A stretch of DNA of 64,000 nucleotides from Zygnema circumcarinatum SAG 698-1b (taxonomy: Eukaryota > Plantae > Zygnematophyceae). The stretch lies in the NCBI GenBank assembly GCA_037447605.1, contig CM074816.1, positions 434,001 through 498,000 of the forward strand, in the 5' to 3' direction. Position 1 is the stretch's first letter. Each line of letters begins with the position of its first letter. This document shows positions 40,491-62,670 of the stretch, one piece after another. Below the pieces are notes generated by a model, which saw nothing but the letters and a program-made list of their open reading frames with translations, was not told the DNA's origin and made no database searches. The position numbers and the translations under genes were made by a program.

Positions 40491-40767
40491 TTTCCTCTAG
40501 AAATGAGAATGTGGAAACATTGGCACTGTATGAAAAAGTCTTCCTCCGTACCGTTTTGCACACGTGGCGTTTTCCTATTGGACATGAGCAGGATAAGTCT
40601 TGATTTTATTCGTACACATATCTTTCTATTCGTACAAACCTCTGCATTTTTCGTACAAACCTGTGACTTTTTAGTTTGTGAAAGGACAAGCTGCGGGCGA
40701 GAGTGCGCTGTCCTGCGGGAGAGCAGCGGGGGAGGGAGCGAGGGAGCAGCGGAGCAGCGGAGCAGCG

Positions 40768-40963
40768 GAGGAGGAGGAGGGAGGAGGGAGGAGGGAGGGA
40801 GGAGGAGGAGGAGGAGGGAGGAGGAAGGAGGGAGGAGGGAGGAGGGAGGAGGGAGGAGGGAGGAGGGAGGAGGGAGGAGGGAGGAGGGAGGAGGGAGGAG
40901 GGAGGAGGGAGGAGGAGGAGGGAGGAGGGAGGAGGGAGGGAGGAGGAGGGAGGAGGAGGGAGG
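40768..40963. repeat. Pure purine (GGA/GGAG) tract upstream of paralogue 3
   Basis: About 195 bp of only G and A. Confidence 0.9.
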
Positions 40964-41147
40964 AATAGTGGAGAGAGGGAATACGGGAGAGAATATAGGG
41001 GTGGAGAGGGAAGGGGGAAGAGGGGCTGAAAGGGACGCGGAAGGAGTTAATGGGTCTGGGTGCGAGGGGGCTGGCGGGAAGGAAGTTGCAGGGACGAAAG
41101 AGAGGCGGGCGCAGCGGTGAAGCTTAGGGTTTGAGGAGAACGGAGAC

Positions 41148-42461
41148 ATGCTCACTCTCGGCCTCGCCATTGCTCCCGGCTGCGCCCTGTCAGCGCTGCT
41201 GGCCTTCGTTGCCTCCGCCTACCTCTTCTTTGCGGTCAGGGCACTCCCTCCCGGATGGCTTCGCCTCGCAGCTTCTCTTCCCGTGCTCGCTCTCTACGTG
41301 GCAGCTCCGCGCTTCGTCGATCCGAGTCATGACACTATGGCTACTGGCGTGCTGTTCTGCGTGCTGACATGGCTCGCCTCCTTCCGCGTGCTTTCCTTCT
41401 GCTGGGCGGAGGGCATACTGATGGAGCCCTTCGCAAACCGCGATGTGCTGCGCTTTCACGCATGCCTCGCTATTCCCATACATCTCCGCCCCGCGGGCTG
41501 GCAGCCACGCAGGGTGAGAAGGAGAAAGGACGGTGCAGATAATGGGAAGGGTGTGCTCCAATGGCTGGTTGGAATAGCGGATTCTGACACGTGGCCCGTT
41601 CTGGTTGCTCGGAGCGGCTTAAAGTTTCTGGTTATGGTCCTTCTCTTCCCACTCTACGACTTAAAAGAGAGCTTCCCCTACCTCACGCTGCAGGCTCTTC
41701 ATGCGATCAATTTATTCCTCTTCGTTACTTTGGTACTTGAGGCTTTAGCAGCTGTCATGCAGCTTCTGCTGGGAATGCCGGTGGAGCCGCACTTCGACCA
41801 GCCGTACTTGGCCTCCTCTCTGGAAGACTTCTGGTCGCGTCGCTGGAATCTTCTCATCAGCGGACTGCTCAGGGATACCATCTACCATCCTCTCCTCCGC
41901 CTCCTAACCAGTCAGAATGCCATTTCTACTACAGAAACCTCTGTACAAGCTGATACTGGAAAATTCCCTCCAAACGCCCTTGAAAACTCTAGAAATCCTG
42001 ATCCCACAATAGGGAAGCAAAGGGGAGAAGAATGTCCGCCTATACAGAGAGGAGTTCAGGGAAGCCTTCGACACCGAGGTACTCCCTCTCAGAGTGCCGC
42101 GTTTGACCCACCTGCCAGTAAAGTGACAGCAAGAGCTGCGCCACTTTGGGCACGTCTTGTAGCCATGCTCGCAAGTTTTTTTGTTTCCGGCATCATGCAT
42201 GAGCTTGCTGTGTTTTATCTTTCCGGGAAAGTGACGGGTGAGATGACTGCGTTTTTCACTTTACATGGCATTGCCACTGCCTTGGAGGCGGTAGTGAAGT
42301 CGCTTATGAAAGGGAAGGCCGGCCTTCCGCGAGTGCTCGCCATCCCATTCACAGTGGGCTTCACCTTTTTGACAGCTCAGAGGCTATTTTTTGGGCCTCT
42401 TGTGTCACTTGGAGTGGACCAAAATACAGTGAAAAATGTCCGGAGACTCCTTGGGATTTAA
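41148..42461 (+). CDS. MBOAT wax synthase / ASAT-family paralogue 3, intronless, 437 aa
   Basis: Same motifs: EPHFDQPYLASSLEDFWSRRWNL, VSGIMHEL. Confidence 0.95.
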   Translation: MLTLGLAIAPGCALSALLAFVASAYLFFAVRALPPGWLRLAASLPVLALYVAAPRFVDPSHDTMATGVLFCVLTWLASFRVLSFCWAEGILMEPFANRDVLRFHACLAIPIHLRPAGWQPRRVRRRKDGADNGKGVLQWLVGIADSDTWPVLVARSGLKFLVMVLLFPLYDLKESFPYLTLQALHAINLFLFVTLVLEALAAVMQLLLGMPVEPHFDQPYLASSLEDFWSRRWNLLISGLLRDTIYHPLLRLLTSQNAISTTETSVQADTGKFPPNALENSRNPDPTIGKQRGEECPPIQRGVQGSLRHRGTPSQSAAFDPPASKVTARAAPLWARLVAMLASFFVSGIMHELAVFYLSGKVTGEMTAFFTLHGIATALEAVVKSLMKGKAGLPRVLAIPFTVGFTFLTAQRLFFGPLVSLGVDQNTVKNVRRLLGI

Positions 42462-44115
42462 AAGACGTTCTTTTTTTTCTGGCCATACCTGGCCAGCCCG
42501 AGTCAAACACCGACGTGATCTTTGAAGCTACGATGCAACGCTTTGATGCCAACGTTTTGGTGCGCATTTGACAAGGCGTGTACAACTCAATGACCCCACT
42601 TTGTATCTTTATTTGACAATTGTTTACGTGCTAGCTTTAGGATGTTGAAAGTCAGCGCATAAGAGTTGAGAATGGTGAATTTGAACGGAGGTGACATCGC
42701 CCCATTATTTACTTTTTTTGCTGCAAGGGAATCTCATGCAATTGAAACTCCATTTGCAAAAGTTTTGTTGGCTAATCCCACAGCGAAAGAAAGATAAATG
42801 TAAGACTGTGCGATGCTTTTTGGTGCTACCCAAACTAACTGGGTAGCGAACAGCAATACAAAGCATATGGACCGAAGGATCAGCCATGCTGGCTCTATGA
42901 GCCCTGTGTAGGTGATGCCTCAACTCGCGGTAAAACCTCGAAGGACCACCTCCAGCATATGTACCAGTCCTGCAGCAAATCATCCATGCGCGATTGCGGG
43001 AAAGTAGCCCCACAGAAGTGCCAGTGGGGTCAACAAAAAATCACTGACCCTGGATTTAAGATTCGATCGGACAGACGACCATCCCCCTCCCCTTCTGTTC
43101 TCAGTAGAGGTGGTTGTAGTAAGACCAAACAAACATTCACCCACTCATGCGAGGTGATCGTATGGTCTACAAGATTAGGAATGGATAAGTTATCTCTCGG
43201 AGAAGCGAAGTCTGCAGCTTCACGGGTTTTCATTGCTTTGGGATCATGCAACAAATGTCGGAACAAAATTTCGGGATATTGGAATCCTGGGGCTGCCTGA
43301 TGCCCATAGCCACGAGAGCAGGGCCACATGCGAGAAGACAGACACCTAAGCAGCCAACTTTTTTCAAATCCCACGTAAAGAACGAGATGATATTTCTTCG
43401 AAGCGGAGAGGACACCAAAGACTTGCATTTCTTCGAACACAAAATGGCACTTTTCAAATAAGCCAAAGAATCAAGACAAATTAAAAAAAAAAGCATCTCC
43501 CTCTTCAGACTGCTCTAAAGGCTGCAAATACCCAGCGCCAATAAAAAGTAGGATGAAATTTGGGTGAAATCTGGGCCTATTAAAGTACAAACATGTCTTA
43601 ACACTCGACCCAAATCGTTGTAAATTTTTGGGAACGAGGGCACGAACCTGTGCCAGACAGTTGCCCCCATTTGGCTATCTCAACAAACTCAATATGCAAC
43701 AGCAGTAACAAGACGTACTTCTATGCTCCAGTACGCAGTGCCCTGTACCCTGTTCCCTGTTACGGTTCCCTGTTGCCGTGCCCGGCTCATACCCTTGGCT
43801 TGCGGCAAGCCTCCCGAACAGCTTTCAGTTCAGCTCTGCTCAGTCAGGCAGTAAGAAACCAAGCGCTGTGCTCCATCTCCATCCCCCGCACGGATGCGTC
43901 ATCATGGAGCACTATTGCTTACACATAACTTAATGTTCAGATGGTCGGCCCAGAAGTTGTACAATTGAACGTGAAGCTCTTCCTCTCCTCAGCAGACAGC
44001 AGAGACAATTCTTCCTCCAACCTCGTCCACTTCCCTGTCATCCCCGAGAGTTTTTCTGCCACTCGAAATACATTTCGAAATGCGCTGTGGGAACTCACAG
44101 CAAATGCTTACTTCT

Positions 44116-48149
<4,034 letters not shown>

Positions 48150-48606
48150 GGATGGCCTGAACCGCCCTTCGATACAAGCTCACCGTGATCTCTCTCTCCC
48201 TCCCTCCCTCCCTCCCTCCCACCCACCCCTCTCGCTCACCGCATGGATGCCTCACTTCACGCCTGGACACCTTTTCCAAGGTCAGCCAGAAATATGCTTC
48301 TGCAGCACTGACTGCACTGTGCCTGCTAGTGGTGCTTCTGGCAGCGCCGCTGGCTTTGAGGCAGTCCGGAAGAACTCTACCAACGTCCGAAGGGGGTTTC
48401 AAGCGTCCTTCGGCGTCCGTAGGGACGTGGTTGCGGGGCTGCACGTCCGCCGAGGGAGTACCGCGTCGGCCCGCGGCCCCCGCCCGCCGCCCTTCGGCCC
48501 TTCCCCCCCTCCGGCAGGCCAGCGCGCAGGATAGAATCGGGCCGGGGCCGCGGCCGTGACGTGACTGACTCGGACCAGGGGACTCGCATGACTAACTCTC
48601 CAACTC

Positions 48607-48608
48607 GG

Positions 48609-48678
<70 letters not shown>

Positions 48679-48680
48679 GG
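48607..48680. repeat. (GGCATG)n hexamer repeat, about 12 units
   Basis: Direct reading. Confidence 0.95.
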
Positions 48681-49160
48681 TGCATGACCTGTGGCCGTGT
48701 GGCGGCATAAGGGTCATGAACTCATGGTCCTTGGGAGTTGAGTTTTCTGTAGCACATTGATTGGGAGCAAATCAGGCAAGACATGGTTGCGCAGAAACGG
48801 TTCGTTTTCATGACAGCGAGGAACATTCCGTATCATGTTCCATTGCACCCATGGGACCTAATGTCTTTCATCACCCATACAAAACACGCGTTCAAGGCAG
48901 ATGTTACAAACTTACAAAGGTGAATTCTTGTGATTCAGTTACACAAATTTGAAATGTCTAGCACTCAACTCAATGGCATGTAAGCAAAGTCTGCACTACT
49001 CTGATCTCAGGAAGCCTGCAGCTTGCCTTTTAGTGGAGCTGGAAGCCGGTATGTATCCGCCAGGCAAAGGAAAAAAAAATACTAAAAAACTGCACGGTCT
49101 TCCTAACCTTTTTTTCCTTACGGCAAAAAAAATTGTAAGCAATTTTTAAGTTGCAAAGAA

Positions 49161-51781
49161 TTAGGTCGGCTTATAGTACTTGCTTGGGACGAAGGGCATT
49201 TTTGTAACTGCCGCATCATTCACCTTTCCTCTCACGTTGACCTTCAGGGGCGTGCCGGCTTTATGGAACCCATTCTTCACATATCCCATGGAGATGTTCT
49301 TTTTCAAGCACGGACTGAAGCCGCCACTTGTCACCTCTCCAATGGTCTCCCCGCTCTCGTTCAGGATTGGAACATGACTCCTAGCAGGAGCCCCCCCTGA
49401 AACGAGCCCAATTCTCCTCTGAGAAGGACCCTCTGCCAGCTGCTTCAGAATGACATCCGCTCCAAGGAATCCCCCCTCAGAGCGCCTCCTTTTGCCAACA
49501 GTCCATGCAAGACCGGCCTCTATGGGAGTGATGCTCTCGTTCAAGTCGTTGCCATACAGGCAAAGCCCTGCTTCCAGACGCAGGCTGTCCCTTGCACCTA
49601 GTCCTGTAAGGCGAATTTTATCCTCTCCCACCTCCAGCAGCTTCTTCGTCAGCTCCAACGCATGTTCATTTGGTACAGAAATCTCAAATCCGTCCTCACC
49701 AGTATACCTGAAAACAGGTTCAAACAGGTTAAGAGTTCAGACATGAGTCGGTTTCCCAACCAAGCTCCCTTCTTCTGTTCCGGAAAACAGTACAGAACTA
49801 ATGAGGAGCTCGCCACAGCATGCTTCTCAGTCCCATGGAAGGACAACTGCGGAAAACATGTGGACTCCGTAAGCAGAAGACCATTGTCGTTGCCGTGGGG
49901 TATAAATCCCGGATGCAAAAATGTAAAAATCAAGTACATGGGGGGCCTGAGGTCCAGTGGCTGTACAGGTTGACCTAGCTATGACTTTGAGATTATTTGC
50001 ATTTTGGCTCTTTGTTTCATCAGTGATGCTAATAGGCTTGCCTACATGCTTAAGTTTTCAGATTGGGAATGTCTAACGCACAATCATTTAGCCACTAAAA
50101 ACGAAAGAGAGGCGACATGAGTGAAGTTCATGAGCTATCTCTTGCAATAGATTCAGCAGAAAGTTCTGCAGACACATGCAAACATCATAGGATACCGAAA
50201 AAAAAGTGGTCATGACTTGCTTATCATGGTTAGTGAAAAAAACACTGCATTGCTAGATTAGACAGTTTGATATCCCAACAACCAATGAAGGGTCTCTAAA
50301 AAGGAGACTTGTACTGCAAAGTTTCAGCGCTGCATTTTGAAAAAGCTGCCCTAATGCATTTGTACCAAATATACCTGAGAGAATTACAATTTATAAAACA
50401 TCCAGGCCGTAAACGGCACAACCCGTCATTTACGCTAACTTTGCCACAAACTGTTCCATAATAACTCATCGCTTGTGGCTTGCAAGAAGAAAAGGATAAG
50501 GAACTGGCAACAGCACAATGCGTCACATCTTATTCTAAAAAATTCAAGGAAATAAGAGAGGGGCTGTTACAGACCCTGTCCGCGTGAGGAAGCACTCGAC
50601 GCCGTTAATCGCCATCACGCGGAAGTCACTGAAGTACATGGTGCTCAAGTCAACGTCTGTAAGCTTCTGCAGACTGGGGGCGGCAAGGGGTCCCTGCAGG
50701 GCTAACAGTGAGCGCTCGTCATGGATGTGCCAGTTAACATCCTTTCCTTCTGTCTTGTATGTGGAGAGATGCTTGTCAAAGTGAGCTGCACATACAGCCA
50801 AAAATAAATTCATCACACCACGGCGTTCCTGCAAAAAAATGTCATCCTGAGTGCCTCATCCTTAGCATAGGCCAAAGGGACAAGTCAACTAGCTCACCGA
50901 CGTTGACTGGCAGTAAAGTAAAAACAGTCTGATCTAAAAGCGCACCTTCCCTTGTCTTCTCTAATGCTTCCACGAATATGAAAGCGTTCCATGACTGCAG
51001 TTGTTATAATAAACCATCTAGACATTCTTAACAACTGACAATCTACCCAGCCAGTTTTGCTAAACGGACATCTCTTTCCCCTAGATCGTCTACCAAGTGT
51101 CCTAGCTAGCCAACTTCACTAACAAGGAACAAGGTCAGCAGAGAGGGGCTTACCAAGATCCTTCTCGCGACAACCTGCATTGACTACGAGATAGATATGC
51201 GCGTCGTCCACCTTAGTGACTACGGTATCATCAATAATACCCCCCTGCTCGTTGGTGATGACAGACAGCGAGCCAGTGCCCGGCTTCAAACCTGCAATGT
51301 CTCCCACTACGAGAGTTTCCAGAAAGGGAATGCAATCCTTGCCCTGCACAGCGCCATAACGCAGCTTTCAAAACAGGCTTGCAGGGCGGGCAATGGGCCG
51401 ATTCCCAGTGGAAAGATATGCATTGCTGAGAATGGTTGTAGCTTAGAAGAAGGAAAGACGAAAATCATACGCCTCACTCTCTAGGTCAGAGTACGGCACC
51501 TTCAGGCTGAGGCCGCACATGTGGGAGACGTCGAAGATGCTGCCGTTGCTGCGGCAGTTAATCGTAGACTCAAGGATGCTGTCCTTGTACTGGATGGGCA
51601 TGCTATACCCTGCGAATGGCACCATTTTCCCGCCATTCTCCACGTGGAAGTCATACAAGGCCGTCTTCTTCAAGCTCTCGTCACTTGCAAAGCGGCGCAC
51701 TCCCCCTTGCAGAGTCTCCCTGCTACTGCTGCTGCCTCGTTGAGCAAGCTTTGAAGACTGGAGGAGGGCGCGGCGCCACAT
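49161..51781 (-). CDS. GDCT: Glycine cleavage system T protein (aminomethyltransferase), mitochondrial, 4 exons
   Basis: Presequence [94 protein letters not shown]. Confidence 0.97.
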
Positions 51782-51942
51782 GGCGGCAGTGGAGTGGAAG
51801 ATATTAGGGTTTCACTGGGATATCCTTGCCCTAACTTTATCCCTTTGCTGCTACTCCTCTTGCTCTTCCTCCTCCAGCACAACTGCTCCTGCTGCTGAAG
51901 CGGAGGCCGAGACTCCATTGAGCGTAGTTGTGGCTAGACTAA

Positions 51943-51997
51943 CCAACCACATCCTGACACGTCATCAAATAGTTAACACGTGGCATCCCTTGATTGG
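51943..51997. promoter_or_regulatory. Inverted pair of CCAAT/CACG composite (ERSE-like) elements upstream of GDCT
   Basis: ccaac-N9-acacg ... cacgtgg-N9-attgg. Confidence 0.6.
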
Positions 51998-52835
51998 CTT
52001 ATTTCTCTCAAGCTGTGCGTTGAACGGAGACCTGCAGCGTGCTTGGAGCGGGGCCCCGCCTGCCCGCGGCCTCAGCGCAGGGGGGGAGCCTGGGGAGCGG
52101 GCGCTTCTGATTGGCCGAGGAGAGGGAACGGATTGGGGCGCTAACTGGACACATGGAGGCAACGCTCCCTTCTAGCCAATAAAAATAGAAAATTTTGCCA
52201 CGTGACGTGTCATAATTGGTGGAAAATAAGTACGTCTTCGCTTGACCAAATAGTTCATGTTTCTATGACGCAGTTACAGTTATATAACTAGCCGTTGTGA
52301 CTTCGACTGCTTTTATGATGGAATCATTCGATATCTGGAACTGGATTGACATAGGAAGTCACATTGGACGGCGATTGCGATCGTCGCGCTGCGGCGTTGC
52401 CACGTTGTGCGTTTTCGGCCCTCCGATTGGCCGAAAATTGAAAATGCGCCAACGTGGACGAAATGCCCCGAAGCGAACCACAGGTGTGCAAGAGGGAATA
52501 TTCGAATTTCTGGACGGAACTCAATAACTGCTGCAGAGAAATGACCGAATCTGCCCAATCCATGAAAATTTCTGCCGAACCGTTCGTTTCTGCTGCCCGT
52601 GAATCCCAAACGAGAAATAGTTTTTGGATGCCAACGTGGACGAATCTCGAGCAAGAAATAGCGCATGGAATCTTTTTTTGGAGCGGGCAGGCTGCCCGTA
52701 AGAAAATAAAATCCCCTTTCACCCTTCCCTGGATAACGTTTGACATGGCGCCTTCCGGCTGGCCGACGGGAAAAAATTCGGCTGTCCGCAGAAGGGGTGT
52801 ATGCTGCACATCGTACTTTCGTTTTTCGCGAGTAT

Positions 52836-52887
52836 CCAATTGGAACATGTCACGCGTATTTTATTACACGTGGCATTTCATCATTGG
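52836..52887. promoter_or_regulatory. Inverted pair of CCAAT/CACG composite (ERSE-like) elements upstream of EF-G
   Basis: ccaat-N10-cacg ... cacgtgg-N9-attgg. Confidence 0.65.
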
Positions 52888-53293
52888 ATGATATCGCTTT
52901 TTATGCTTCTTTTACATAATTTTTCCCAACTCACAAAATCTAACTAGAAATTGTATAATGACGTCATCTAACATCACAATATCCTCACCCGCCGCTCCCT
53001 CCATATAGCCGTCCTTCAAAACAAATTGATTTATCAAAACAATTGAACTGAGAGAATGGAACTGTCCCCGAGCCCTGTAACTGCGGCATGGCGAGGCTCA
53101 GCCAGGCGAGGCGTGCAGGGCAGCCGCGTGGCCGCCCGTCCGCCGCCACTTTGCTCCCTCCCTCCCTCTCTTCCTCCCCTTTTGACCCTTCACCCTCTCC
53201 CTCTATCTTTCTGCATCCGCCTCTCCTTCCTACAGGCAACTGACTGACGGAATCAGAGTTAGGAGGCGAGACCGGAGGGAAAGTAGCAGAGCC

Positions 53294-58984
<5,691 letters not shown>

Positions 58985-59903
58985 GTACTGTACCGGGGAA
59001 ACATGGAAGTCCTGCATAGGCCTAGTGTTCAACTGTGTTGTTCTGTATGCTTTAGGTCTCTAGGGTAGTGGTAGGAGGTGGGCAACGCGTGAAATCATGT
59101 GCAGATGATGTGATCAGGTCATGGATGTACCGATGACGAGTACATGGCATGGCAATCTCTGCATACCTCGTTAGTTTTCTGACATGCAGAATGTGTGTAG
59201 TAGATGGCCGTTGTGTCTATTCTGTATTCTCCGCAACGGCTTCATAATTAAGTTGTGTCCTTCTCAGCCGTGAACGGTTGTGAGACCTCGTTGAGTAATG
59301 TTCGGATTGATGATCCACTTGAACTGTTACTCCGTTGCAAACCCTAGATCTCAACATCTCTTGCGCCTGTCAAATCTATGGCCGTCAAATGTTTCAGGAA
59401 GTGGCAAATTTGGTGTCAGGTAGTTGCAAACTTGCCGTTAGAAAGTTGTACTATTGTTAGTCACAATGCTTCAGCCACTATTGCCAAGCTGTTTGTCAAC
59501 CTGTCTCCAAATGGCACAAATGCACGTGTTCTCAACTTCGTCGCCTCTTTGCATTGTTGCAATAAAAAGTAACAATAAACCAGTTTATCATATTCTAATA
59601 TGAATTGGAAGTTTGCCGCGCCAGGTCAGTTTGACGAGCACAAGTGGTGCACTATAGTGGCAAGCACCCTTTCCCAAAACAAAAGACAGTTACTGAAAGT
59701 AACCCACACTTAACAAACTCAGTAGCACTTCAACACTTGCTGATTCCACTCTCCCACATCCTCCTCTTGCTGCTTACACACTCATGCGTACTTGCCATGA
59801 GCAACAATCTACAACACAACTCTATAATTCAATGTTATCTTCAAATCTCAATCCTAAGATGCAATCCCAAGTCCCCCTCTGTACTGCGAACATCTTACCA
59901 CAC

Positions 59904-61263
59904 TCAGCTGACCCACAAAGCGATGCCAAAGGCGGCGGCGGAGGCGAGTGCCCCTATGACAGTGGTGGTAGCCGCGCTCTTCCAGGGGTCCGTGCCTGTG
60001 AAGAGGCCCTTCACATAGCCGAAGACGAAGAGGGCGCTGAGGGTTGTGCCGATGGAGACATACAGCGCTGTCTGCACTCCAGGAATGAAGAAATAGGGCG
60101 ATAGGGGCACCATGCCGCCAACTGCATAAGAGCTGCCTATGGTGATGCCACTGATAAAAGCACGCTTCGGGTCAGGAGCCTCCATCCCTCGTTGGAACCT
60201 GCACAGGTAATGGAAGTGCTTCGCTTTGAAATGACTGAATGGAAGCAGTGATTTTGGCAAAACCAAACAGAACTCGGTGGAATGTGTGCAATTGAATCGT
60301 GAAAATGAGGGCCAAACGCAAAAGTTCACTCGTACTCAGCAAGTCTCAAGCCGTAATCTTTATACTCGGAAACACAAGCATTAAAAGAAGGAAAAAGGAG
60401 GGCAATATTATGGTGTAAAGTGTTACTCACTTCATCATAAAATCGAGCCATTGACGCGGCCGTTCCCTGAGTGCTTCCACGACTGGAACATACTCCTTCG
60501 ACGACAAACCATAGTCCCGCATAGTTTGAGCCGCGCTTTCAGATTCTGCGGCAGTATGAATGTGGAGCTTTCAGTGCAAAACCTTCGATTAAATAGTTTA
60601 AAAAGTCTCATGCTGTTTTTTTAGCAGTTGTTTCTGGATCTTGGAACAGTATACTTCACGTCAAAGCAAGACATGATCTGATAAGAAACCAGCTCAGCAG
60701 CTTTCTTTCACGACATGCAAGACGATCAGAACTGAGTTGCAGAAACCTTGATCAGGAGCCGTCTGAATTTCATTATATTCACGCCTCCTCTCGCTTTCAT
60801 AACTTTCCCTTTCACTTCGACCTGCGAGATATCTGCCCACATGCACCACGTGCAGAAGTAAAGTTTATGCTGCTCTTGTCCTTGTGAAAGGTAAAATAAC
60901 AACAAACTCTTGCTGAGCTGCCCTCTACTGCCCAAAGGTCTATCAAAACATCATCCTGACTGCGCATTTCGCCTCGTTCCTCCACTTTCACAGAATAATA
61001 ATGCGAGCAGCCTTCTGCATTGACAAGAGAAAAAAAAACCAGTATATCTTTTATACATATATACATACATACATGTAAACTGCTCACCCTCCAAGCCCCA
61101 TAGAAATGGCTCCTGCTGCAACTTCAGCGAGCCCCGCCACGACCACGATCCTCGACGGCGCGTCCGCCCCCGAGAGCCCCGCCGCCAGCGCGAAGGGGAC
61201 CGTGAGGCCGTCCGCCATCCCCAGCACCACGTCCCGCACCACCTCGCCCTTGCTGTCCCCCAT
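59904..61263 (-). CDS. VIT1: Vacuolar iron transporter VIT1/CCC1 family, 4 exons
   Basis: MGDSKGEVVRDVVLGMADGLTVPFALAAGLSG..AGLAEVAAGAISMGLGG|YLAG..; WLDFMMK|FQRGMEAPDPKRA; GGMVPLSPY; FGYVKGLFTG. An in-frame TAG upstream of the ATG at 61263 fixes the start. Confidence 0.93.
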
Positions 61264-61593
61264 CGCCCTCCGCCTCCTCCTCCGCCTCTAACCCCCCTCC
61301 AATTCCCCTCCCCTCCTTCCTCCGCGCGATATAGTCTCTCTCCTGCTGCAGCCTCCCCTCTCCTCCCCTCCCCCTCCCCCTCCCCCTCCCCCCCCCTCCC
61401 TCCCTCCNNNNNNNNNNTCCCTTCCTCCCTCCCTCCCCTCCTCCTCCTCCTCCTCCTCCTCCTCCTCCTCCTTCTCCTGCACCTGCACCTTCAGGCTGGC
61501 TCCAAAGGAAAAAGAAAGGAAAGGGAAACAAGGGGGCGAGGACACTCTGCCTGAGGGCCGCCCTCTCCACTGCGGAACATACTCGAGCATCAA

Positions 61594-61647
61594 CCAATAG
61601 CGACCCGACACGTGAACCAAAAAGATGACGTGGCGAGTTGCGATTGG
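61594..61647. promoter_or_regulatory. Inverted pair of ERSE-like elements upstream of VIT1, within a G-box cluster
   Basis: ccaat-N9-acacgtg ... gacgtgg-N9-attgg; further CACGTG motifs at about 61743, 61823, 61834 and 61897. Confidence 0.65.
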
Positions 61648-62016
61648 AGCATGTTCGACTTTTTCGAGGCGGGCCCATTGGGGAAAGGCCGAGCAGAGGG
61701 ACAGCTGGCAGTAGAAGGTGACGTGGTTTCAGGAGGGACGGGCACGTGGCCTGCAAATGATGTCCTGGTTCGCTCCCATTGGTGGAAAAAAGCGACTTAT
61801 TTTATATGCCGACCGTCTCTGCCACGTGTACGCCACGTGGAGGAACGAGCGCTGTCGGCGCTTTGGAAGCCGAACCGGTTCCAACGGTAGCGTTCACACG
61901 TGCGTCAACGAACCGGCGTTGTTCGTCGGATCTTCCCTTTCGCTTTGACGACTCGGATTGCAGCTCACAGCCGCATGTGCGGTTGGGGGCGCCGTACGGT
62001 GGTACGGGGTTCAGGG

Positions 62017-62670
62017 CAGGCCTCTTCAAATACGGGAAAATCCTAAAATACCGTAAATAGATTGATTATTCATGGGACAGTTTGAGGTTGATTTAAGGGG
62101 GTTGACCGTAAATACCTTAAAAGGCTCAAAAACGTTAACCTTTTTTTGGTTTAAAAAAAAAAGTGAAGTGTGTTCCTTTTTGTACCCACGATGGCTATGT
62201 TTTCATAGGTACATGACTCTAGTTGTTGGCTTAACAGCACAGCTTTAAAATCAGATGCAAACTCTTTAAAACTCTTAAAGATTTGATTTTTCCAATCAAT
62301 CAAAGCACTTTTTTCATTTGGCAATCATAGCATATAACTACTCAAAAAAACCCTAAAACCCTAAAAACCCTAAAGACCCAGTTGCATCCAAGCCTTGCAG
62401 ACCCATCCAAAAGCTCTCCATCTCCATTTCCCTCCCACCTGAATTACTTCAAAGATCACCGTTTTAGAATTCATCATAGCTTGGAATCCTCCTCGCAAAA
62501 CTAAATTCCAAATCATAACCTCCAAAGTTCTGGGTTTTAACCACAAAGAAGAAACTGAAATTAGAACCAAAATTGGAAATGATGCCATGCCATGCCATAT
62601 TTACGGGGTTTTTTAAAACCAATTTAGGGGACAACCCCTTAAGCCGAATTCCCGTATTTGAAGTGGCCTG
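62017..62670. mobile_element. Non-autonomous hAT-like element (MITE), 654 bp
   Basis: 22-bp TIRs (caggcctcttcaaatacgggaa / ttcccgtatttgaagtggcctg, 1 mismatch) start with CAGG. The flanks gttcaggg and gtttagga form a 6/8-matching 8-bp TSD. Subterminal ttaagggg..ttg and ccgtaaat motifs recur inverted. Confidence 0.8.

Noticed and set aside
42500-44100. An additional gene between MBOAT3 and the MAPKK
   Set aside because: Only short ORFs with no motifs or consistent splice chain; probably convergent 3' UTR and intergenic DNA.
52280-52310. Helitron 3' end (CTAG followed by T on the minus strand)
   Set aside because: No convincing GC hairpin upstream and no matching 5' TC end.
62348-62374. Telomere or interstitial telomeric array
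   Set aside because: Only three degenerate units, located inside a MITE.
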